From Promethearchaeota archaeon (lineage in GTDB: Archaea > Asgardarchaeota > Lokiarchaeia > Sigyniarchaeales > SOKP01): DNA of 64,000 bases. Of this stretch, positions 56,871 to 64,000 are shown one piece after another. The notes beneath the pieces were generated by a model. It was not told the origin of the DNA. It searched no databases and saw only the letters and a list, made by a program, of their open reading frames with translations. Location: the NCBI GenBank assembly GCA_016930515.1, contig JAFGGO010000108.1, positions 1 through 64,000 of the forward strand, given 5' to 3'. The stretch's first letter is position 1; each line of letters opens with the position of its first letter. The translations under genes and the position numbers were made by a program.

Positions 56871-59324
56871 CTAAAATTCACTGAAAACGGTTCTTGCGAT
56901 GATATCGTCTTGAAGGTTTTTACTAAGATCTATAAAACGAGCAGAATAACCCGAAACCTTGACTGAAAGATCGGGGTATCTTTCTGGATGAGCCTGTGCG
57001 TCCTTCAACGTTTCAGAGCTTACAGGATTAATCTGAAGTTCTCTCCCTCCTAATTCAAAGTATGCTTCAACTATAGAAGTGAGTTGGTCTATTCCTTTGT
57101 CATTATCTATCAAGCTTGGATTAATTCTCACGTTTAACGCAACTCCATTGGTAAGAAGGGCATCGCGCGAAGCTAAAGCTACTGATCGGAGTGCCATGGT
57201 AAGACCATTCTTTTCCGTGCCGTTTACGGGAGAAAGTCCATTCGATACGGCTTCGCCTTGTATTCTTCCATCTGGAGTGGCTCCTAACATTTTACCCTCC
57301 AAAACCTGCGTTCCCGCTGCAGATACGAGGCTAGATCGATATATACCATCACCCCCCCTCACGTGATATTTTCTTGGAATGTTGCTAAAAAGCTCCATGA
57401 CCCATTTTGCAAGTTCGTCTACCTCTTCGTCGCCATTACCGTATTTGGGCGCTTTATTTCTTAATTGTTGCTTGAGTGCTTCTGCGCCCTTGAAATTATT
57501 ACGAAGATGTTTAACCAATTCTTCCATTGTTATCAATTTTTGCTCGAAAACTGCCCAACGAATTGCCGCAAGCGAGTTAACAACCGTTCCTAAGGCTTGT
57601 CCATTCATACAACTATTATTGTAGCGTGCCCCGCTTCGGGTAATATCGTTTCCACTCTCCAAACAACCCTCTATCGTGGATGATATTAATGGAGAAGGAA
57701 ATTCTTCTGCAAATACCTTGTCTTTCAATTCTGCCATTTTCACGACTTTATCTATTGAAAAAGCAAGTTGATCAGCAAAGGCTTTCTTTACATCTTCAAA
57801 AGATTTAAAAGTACTTGGATCGGGGGTTTTTGCACCTACTTGTTTTTCTCCCAATAAAAGAACCCTTCCCTCGTTTAAAGCCATGTTAAGAACGACCGCC
57901 ATAAAAATACCGTTACCTCCGGTATAGGAAAAATCGTTACCTGTACCTGTGGGTTCTACACACCCCACGATTGAATAATCTCGAGCATCTTCTAGTGAAT
58001 AACCGTCTTTTTGAAGTTGTGGTATTAATATCTCGTCGTTATGAATGGCCATTCCCGCAGTAAATCGAAAAGTTTCAATAACTCTTTTAAAAAATTCCCG
58101 TGGCGTTTTAGAAGAGATCCGTATTGACAAAGTGTTTAATAAACTTTTTACGTTTGCAATAGCTTCAAGAAACATGAAAGATACATCGTTTGTTGCGTCG
58201 TTTCCGTCATTATCTACGCCCCCAATCGTTATGTTATTCTGTCCTGCTATGACAACGGAAGCAAGTTTAACTAAATATTCTTCAATCGCTCCTAAAGCTT
58301 GCTTATAAGTAATCCTTCCTTCTTCTAAATCCGCTGCGTAAAAAGGATAAAGATATTGGTCCACTCGTCCTTGAGAAAATATGTTCATGTCGCCATAACT
58401 CATTTCCATGACGACATTAGTCATCCATACGGATTGAATTGCTTCCATGAAAGATGTAGGTGGGAGTGCTGGCACTCTTCTTGCACGTTCTGCAATTTTT
58501 AAAAGTACTACTTTTCTTTCTTCGTTAGCATTTTCAGCCATTTTCACGGCAAGTTCCGCATATCGGTTTGAATAATCGCAAACGGCTTTAGAAGTTACCA
58601 AAACTGCTTCGTAAAAATCTTTGCGTTGTTCGTAATTCTCGTCCGTTTCTTTGAGTTTCGCAAGACCTTCGGTCGCCATTTTTTCTATTCCTTTAAATCC
58701 TAGTTCTAATACTCGTTTATATCCTGGAATGACATGTCCTTGCATGTCGGCTAATAATGCATAAGTACCGGGATTTTGTGCAAGTAATCTACCGAGTATT
58801 GCGGCCATTGGTCCTGTCAAATCTTCAAATAATCCTGCTTCTTTCAAGCGTTCAACTTTCCGATTACTTAAAGTTTTACCCTTCCAGAACGGAATGATGT
58901 TATTTTTCAAATCATTGCGCTCTTGTTCTGTAAAAGGAGCATAACGTTCAAGGTGATTCAACTGTCCCATTAACATTTTTTTAATGCTTTCATCGACTTG
59001 ATCGCTTAAGAGAACTTCGTATATGCTAACATGGGTTCCAAGTTCTATTTCGAATGGATCAGCTCTGATTTTACTAGATTTTTTTCCTACAAGCAGCTCA
59101 TTATCATCAATCCTTATCGGAAGACACCGTAAGAATTCCTCTAATGCTTTAGCTTTCCGCAGGCAAGGTGGTGATCCCTCCATTTGCTTCCAGATTCTTG
59201 TATAACATCGAGCTCGCTCAATGTCATATTCAAAAGGACTAGATAACATCTTATCCCTTATTTTTCGAACCCTCTCTGAAGGTATCCCTTGTAGAGGTTT
59301 CATGGTTAATTCTTGGATCGTCAT
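56871..59324 (-). CDS. glycyl-radical enzyme (third, convergent), substrate unknown
   Basis: Cys loop YSIVGCVEP; Gly loop VKVSGYSARF; probable start MTIQEL. Confidence 0.92.
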   Translation of the reverse strand: MTIQELTMKPLQGIPSERVRKIRDKMLSSPFEYDIERARCYTRIWKQMEGSPPCLRKAKALEEFLRCLPIRIDDNELLVGKKSSKIRADPFEIELGTHVSIYEVLLSDQVDESIKKMLMGQLNHLERYAPFTEQERNDLKNNIIPFWKGKTLSNRKVERLKEAGLFEDLTGPMAAILGRLLAQNPGTYALLADMQGHVIPGYKRVLELGFKGIEKMATEGLAKLKETDENYEQRKDFYEAVLVTSKAVCDYSNRYAELAVKMAENANEERKVVLLKIAERARRVPALPPTSFMEAIQSVWMTNVVMEMSYGDMNIFSQGRVDQYLYPFYAADLEEGRITYKQALGAIEEYLVKLASVVIAGQNNITIGGVDNDGNDATNDVSFMFLEAIANVKSLLNTLSIRISSKTPREFFKRVIETFRFTAGMAIHNDEILIPQLQKDGYSLEDARDYSIVGCVEPTGTGNDFSYTGGNGIFMAVVLNMALNEGRVLLLGEKQVGAKTPDPSTFKSFEDVKKAFADQLAFSIDKVVKMAELKDKVFAEEFPSPLISSTIEGCLESGNDITRSGARYNNSCMNGQALGTVVNSLAAIRWAVFEQKLITMEELVKHLRNNFKGAEALKQQLRNKAPKYGNGDEEVDELAKWVMELFSNIPRKYHVRGGDGIYRSSLVSAAGTQVLEGKMLGATPDGRIQGEAVSNGLSPVNGTEKNGLTMALRSVALASRDALLTNGVALNVRINPSLIDNDKGIDQLTSIVEAYFELGGRELQINPVSSETLKDAQAHPERYPDLSVKVSGYSARFIDLSKNLQDDIIARTVFSEF

Positions 59325-59562
59325 ATATAAATTAATGACCGTCGTGCATTTAAAGATTTTTGTCATTAATGCAAGATTTAAAAATTCGATTTTATATTTT
59401 CAAAGCTGATTTTGAAAAAATGGCTATATTTTCTTAATAAAATGATGATTTAGGTCATATAATATCTTAAAAACCAAACGAGTAAAAAGATTCTTTGAGT
59501 GGTAAGTTTTTTTGTGAACCTCTCTTATGTTTAAGAAAAATTCACTTGTATTAAAACGATAT

Positions 59563-60657
59563 TTAAAATAAATGATCTTCTATTATTTTTGAACCATAGT
59601 CCGCTTGTTTTACTTTCACGATATCGCTTTCAGGAATTCCAATGTCTCCTAAAAAACCTTGAACTCCTTCAATATCTTCAGTTCTGCAAAAACAATGGAT
59701 GTTTGGTCCCGCATCGACAGTAAAATAGCATTCGATTCCCTCTTTTTCTTTTTGTTTCACGCCTTCTTTAAGTAATTTAGCAGTTTGAAAATATTGATAT
59801 CTTAGTTTTGTAACCCGTTTCATAACTCGTAAAGTGTTAGGATTCCAATAAAACAAGGGCGGATCAGATGTCATCATCACACTATGCATGTACAAGCAAT
59901 TTTTCTCTGTTATTTTCCCCACCGTAGTAAAATCGTCGTTCATGATTGCTTCCCTGATTTCCACGCATTGTCTTTCGGATTCTTTAATTTTTATGGGATT
60001 AAACACGCTCGAATGTGCTGAATCGTGTCCAACATTTGATATGACTTCTTTTTCCTCTCGGTTTATTACAGCTATGACGGCGGCAATGTTAAATTCGTTG
60101 CAGGCACATATTTGTTCAGCGTAAGATGTGTCATGAGAGTTTCCCTTTTTCCACCATACAAACCCGCCGTGAATCGAGCGAGCTGCAGAACCAGAACCCA
60201 GTCGTGCGTATTTTGATAGTTCGGTATTGTCTAAACCTAGATTTAAAGCATTACTAGTACACGTCGCAAGTGCTGCAAACGCTGAAGCCGAAGAAGCTAA
60301 ACCCGCTGCCGTTGGGAACTTGTTCTCGCTTACCATTTTAAAATGTAGATCTACATTAGCTAACTCTTTTAATGGATTTACCACTGCCAAAATTCGTTTC
60401 ATTTGGCTTTGATCAAACACGCTCAATTCATTATTTGTTTTTAAAAAAGCAGTGTCTTTGCTAAAGTTTTCTGAAAATTCTATTGTTGTGTGTGTGATAA
60501 GGTCAATTCCCGTTTTGGAACTTTCAATGGATTCTTTCGTCATGCTAACAGTATCGTTCGTGGGAATGTTAAGGTACGATGGATGATCGACGGCGCGACC
60601 CCAATATTTTATTAAGGCTATATTTGGATGTGCTACAGCTGAAGATTTCAATTTCAT
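59563..60657 (-). CDS. mvaD: mevalonate (di)phosphate decarboxylase (GHMP family)
   Basis: HPNIALIKYWG, FPTAAGLASSAS, ARLGSGSAARS, FTVDAGPN.H. Confidence 0.92.
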   Translation of the reverse strand: MKLKSSAVAHPNIALIKYWGRAVDHPSYLNIPTNDTVSMTKESIESSKTGIDLITHTTIEFSENFSKDTAFLKTNNELSVFDQSQMKRILAVVNPLKELANVDLHFKMVSENKFPTAAGLASSASAFAALATCTSNALNLGLDNTELSKYARLGSGSAARSIHGGFVWWKKGNSHDTSYAEQICACNEFNIAAVIAVINREEKEVISNVGHDSAHSSVFNPIKIKESERQCVEIREAIMNDDFTTVGKITEKNCLYMHSVMMTSDPPLFYWNPNTLRVMKRVTKLRYQYFQTAKLLKEGVKQKEKEGIECYFTVDAGPNIHCFCRTEDIEGVQGFLGDIGIPESDIVKVKQADYGSKIIEDHLF

Positions 60658-60781
60658 GTTAAACCACTTTTATATTATAGAAATTTGTATTCAAGGAATT
60701 ATAAATTTGGTTTTGTTTTTAAAGAAACTGTTTATAGATTAGAACTTAATCTTTAAATAACAAGGAAAAATAAATGCAAGT

Positions 60782-61945
60782 ATGAACGAGTATTCTTCAG
60801 AGATATCGGGTTTCCATAAGCTCTCTATCGAAGAGAGGTTAAAAATAATCAAGGAAAAAGTAGGTCTTAACGACGAGGAAACTGATATTCTCCAGAATTT
60901 TGGATATTTTGAACCCCAAGCAATGGACATGCTCATTGAAAATGTTATAGGAAGTTATCAATTACCTTATTCAATCGCATGCAACTTTAAAATAAATGGA
61001 AACGATTACCTCGTTCCAATGGTCTTGGAAGAACCTTCGGTTGTAGCTGCTGCTTCAAATGTGGCGAGGATGGCGAGAAAATATGGTGGGTTTCACTGCG
61101 AAAAAATTCGTCAAGTCATGATAGGTCAAATTCAGATCGTGAATCTTAAAGCAGTTGAAGATGCTGTAAAAAATATTGAGGTAAACAAGGAAAAAATTAT
61201 TCGTCTCGCAAACGACCAAGATCCTATTCTCATTAAATTTGGAGGAGGTGCAGTTGATTTAGAAGTAAGACCAATCGATACTATTAAAGGACCGATGATA
61301 ATCGTCCACTTGCTCGTCAATGTACTGGATGCAATGGGTGCTAACGCCGTGAACACGATGGCCGAGGCAATAGCACCGCTTTTGGAAGAATTATCCCGTG
61401 GAAAAGTCTTGCTCAGGATTATTTCGAATCTTGCTACTCATAGAATCGCAAAATGCAAGGCTACTTTTGATAAGGACATGCTAGGGGGTGCTGAAGTGGT
61501 TGAGGGCATATTAAATGCTTATGCGTTTGCTAAGGCAGATCCTTTCAGATGTGCAACTCATAATAAAGGAATAATGAACGGGATAATAGCTCTTACTTTA
61601 GCAACGGGAAACGATACACGGGCTATCGAGGCAGGAGCGCACGCTTATGCGGCTTTAAACGGATATTCCCCTCTCAGTTGTTTTGAAGTGGATCCTTTTG
61701 GTAATCTAGTAGGAGAACTTGAGCTTCCAATGGCGTTGGGAATCATTGGAGGACTCACGAAAACGCATCCGTTAGCAAGGATTTCGCTAAAGATTCTGGG
61801 GATAAAAAAAGCAGAAGAATTGGCTCAAGTTGCCGTTGCGCTTGGGCTCTGCCAGAATGTGGCGGCTTTAAGGGCACTTGCTGCCGAAGGCATACAAGCG
61901 GGGCACATGAAGTTGCACAAAAGAAAAGCAGAAAAAATAGATTGA
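60782..61945 (+). CDS. mvaA: class II HMG-CoA reductase, short C-terminus
   Basis: ENVIG, EEPSVVAAAS, DAMGAN.VNT, THNKGIMNGI, GNDTRA.EA, EGIQAGHMKLH. Confidence 0.93.
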   Translation: MNEYSSEISGFHKLSIEERLKIIKEKVGLNDEETDILQNFGYFEPQAMDMLIENVIGSYQLPYSIACNFKINGNDYLVPMVLEEPSVVAAASNVARMARKYGGFHCEKIRQVMIGQIQIVNLKAVEDAVKNIEVNKEKIIRLANDQDPILIKFGGGAVDLEVRPIDTIKGPMIIVHLLVNVLDAMGANAVNTMAEAIAPLLEELSRGKVLLRIISNLATHRIAKCKATFDKDMLGGAEVVEGILNAYAFAKADPFRCATHNKGIMNGIIALTLATGNDTRAIEAGAHAYAALNGYSPLSCFEVDPFGNLVGELELPMALGIIGGLTKTHPLARISLKILGIKKAEELAQVAVALGLCQNVAALRALAAEGIQAGHMKLHKRKAEKID

Positions 61946-61990
61946 TATCCATTATTATTGACTTGTATTTGCTTAATAAGGCTTAAAGGA

Positions 61991-62323
61991 TCATATGATT
62001 GAAAGACTCCTTGTTTTTTCAAGACCTTTTGCAAATTTAGACATTTTAAATTGGACGCAATCGTTTGTTTGAATGATCTTTATCGCCCATTGGGGAATAA
62101 AGCTATTATACTTTACTTCCATGATGCATGTTCCCGGAGGAACGATAAATTTTGAACCTCCTCCGTAATGAAGATCGAGATTATAATTTCGAACTACCAT
62201 GTTTGTGTCAAAAGTAAGCCTGAAATTTCTTTCCATTATCGATACATACGGTTGTCTTTTATAAGAAACACAACATTCGGGTTTCAAGTTTAATCTTTTT
62301 ATAAGAAACCAATTCTCTTCCAA
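61991..62323 (-). pseudogene. C-terminal fragment of a VTC (polyphosphate polymerase) domain protein
   Basis: P...VSYKR.PY, RLTFD, IMEVKY...IP.W, SKF..G; the frame closes at TGA 62378-62380, so the N-terminal half is missing. Confidence 0.7.
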
Positions 62324-62551
62324 TGTTTTTTTATCTTGATTGGTATTAAATTCAAGCCAAAATTGAAAAATGAATCTTCAATGAATTTAATGAAAAGATC
62401 TTCAATCATATGTTTAGAAATTGAAATATTATTTAAAAACCAGTTGGAGTGTTGCTGGAATATTGATATGTTCTATTCTCTTATTCTGAAAATACAAAAA
62501 CATTATATAAATATCTTCGTGTTGGAATAAATGATAAAAATGAGAGAAGAT

Positions 62552-64000
62552 TCATTTATTTTTTTTCATTGCTACCTTTTTAACATCTTTTGTGATCTTT
62601 TCACAAGCAAGTTGAGCAGAAATGATGGAAACTGGGACTCCCACACCGGGATGAGTATAATGTCCGGCGTAATACAGGTTTTTAACCTTCTTGCTTTTAT
62701 GATGAGGTCTAAACACGGCAGTTTGTCGCAAGGTATGAGCTAATCCAAGTGCCGTACCCTTGAAAGCGTGAAATGTATTTTTAAAATGCTCGTGCGCAAC
62801 AATCCGTTTTACAACGATAGAGTCCTTAATCGATTCTCCCGTTAGTTTTTCAACCTTTTCAAGGACTTTATCAAAATATTGCTCTCGGAAGGATTCAATA
62901 TCGTCAAGATCGGGAGAAACTAAAACAAGAATGGTCATGAGCTCTCCTCCCTCAGGAATTAGGGACGGATCTGACTTTGAAGGGACGGTAATATAAATAG
63001 ATGGATCTTCTGGCCATTGTGGGTTTGATCCAAAAATCTTATTGAAGTAATCGTCCCAATCGGGGTTAAAATAAAAATTATGATGCAAGAAATTGTTTAA
63101 TTTCTTGTTCAACCCAAGATAAACCAAGAACGCCGCTGGAGCAATTATTTTCTTCTTCCAATACTTCTCTTTATATGTTCTATATTTTTCCTCTATTAAT
63201 TTCATTTCTCCATGTTCGTAATCTCCTGTGTTTAAAATGATGTCCGCTTGAAAATTTCCATTACTTGTTAGCAATCTCTTTCCCATTTTGTCTTTTACTT
63301 CTATTTTAAACACTTCAGTATTAAACTTGAAATCTACTCCTTTTTCTACTCCTAAATTTTTAATTGCGTCAACAATGGCTCCAAAACCCCCCAATGGATA
63401 CCAAATTCCAAGGTTCATATCACAATGAGCTAAAATAGAATAAACCGCGGGGCTAATGGGCGGGGAGGCACCAACAAAAGCTACGCTATATTGGACAATT
63501 TTTTGAGCTTTATCGCTTTTAAAATATTTTTTTACGAACTTATCAAGTTTCGTGAGAATTTTAAGCTTTAATCCCTTAAAAATCAGCGATCTATCCAAAA
63601 AATCAAGGATATTCCAATAATCCTTATAGAGAAAATGATCGAAAACGATATCGTACATTGCTTTCGAGCGTTCGATAAATTTTCGTAATTTTTTACCTCC
63701 TTCCTTTTCGAATGTATCAAAAAGTTTGTAATTTTCGTTTATATCTGCCTTGATATCTAAAGAATCGTTTTCACCGAAATGAACTCGATAAGAGGGATCT
63801 ATACGCACTGTTTTATAATAATCTTCGGGTTTTTTTCCAAAGAGGGCGAAAAAATTGTCAAACGCATCAATCATCATGTACCACGAGGGTCCCATATCAA
63901 AGACGTAACCTTTTTCTTGCCAAACCATGCCTCGACCTCCAGGCTTGTCGTTTTTCTCGAGTACCGTGACTTCGAAGCCTTCTTTTGCTAAAATAGCTGC
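62552..64000 (-). CDS. crtI: phytoene desaturase (CrtI)-family flavoprotein, 5'-partial at the window edge
   Basis: Frame open to 64000 (AAILAKEGFEVTVLEKNDKPGGRG); FDMGPSWY, WYPLGG, GTALGLAHTL.QT..FRP, NLYYAG.YTHPG.GVP..IISA. Confidence 0.85.
   Translation of the reverse strand, partial: AAILAKEGFEVTVLEKNDKPGGRGMVWQEKGYVFDMGPSWYMMIDAFDNFFALFGKKPEDYYKTVRIDPSYRVHFGENDSLDIKADINENYKLFDTFEKEGGKKLRKFIERSKAMYDIVFDHFLYKDYWNILDFLDRSLIFKGLKLKILTKLDKFVKKYFKSDKAQKIVQYSVAFVGASPPISPAVYSILAHCDMNLGIWYPLGGFGAIVDAIKNLGVEKGVDFKFNTEVFKIEVKDKMGKRLLTSNGNFQADIILNTGDYEHGEMKLIEEKYRTYKEKYWKKKIIAPAAFLVYLGLNKKLNNFLHHNFYFNPDWDDYFNKIFGSNPQWPEDPSIYITVPSKSDPSLIPEGGELMTILVLVSPDLDDIESFREQYFDKVLEKVEKLTGESIKDSIVVKRIVAHEHFKNTFHAFKGTALGLAHTLRQTAVFRPHHKSKKVKNLYYAGHYTHPGVGVPVSIISAQLACEKITKDVKKVAMKKNK

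Noticed and set aside
7-63991. Many short ORFs antisense to or nested in long genes (e.g. 7-261, 12504-12995, 23226-23615, 54708-55124)
   Set aside because: Shadow frames of well-supported genes; low complexity, no motifs.
1-64000. tRNA, rRNA, CRISPR arrays, selenocysteine read-through
   Set aside because: No cloverleaf, rRNA-like tract or spaced repeats seen; TGA-ending genes finish at plausible C-termini.

Overview
AT-rich archaeal genomic window, almost certainly Asgard archaea (Lokiarchaeia/Promethearchaeota-like). That assignment is an inference from an archaeal histone, proteasome beta, two-domain gelsolin, Rab-like GTPase, longin domain, EMC3/DUF106, an IPGY-TM-basic C-terminal sorting signal and GGTGA-type SD sites. 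About 55 genes. Housekeeping and metabolism: asd, proA, proB, mfnE/mfnF, NOG1 GTPase, SlyD, thiolase+DUF35, a glpA-type operon, U32, dCMP deaminase, mevalonate-pathway decarboxylase, class II HMG-CoA reductase and a crtI-like desaturase. There are many eukaryotic-signature proteins, an accessory block with three glycyl-radical enzymes and one activase, a miniature IS607/TnpB derivative and several decayed remnants. No tRNA, rRNA or CRISPR array was seen. Best candidates for undescribed biology: (1) a miniature EF-G/EF-2-like translational GTPase fused to a YqgF/RuvX-type RNase H-fold nuclease (37850-40180); (2) a prenyltransferase-beta barrel + winged-helix + coiled-coil + longin protein (19251-22961); (3) a FAM92/CIBAR-like BAR-domain protein near gelsolin (34490-35137); (4) three GREs with unassigned active sites. 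All calls come from motif recognition by eye; no searches were run.
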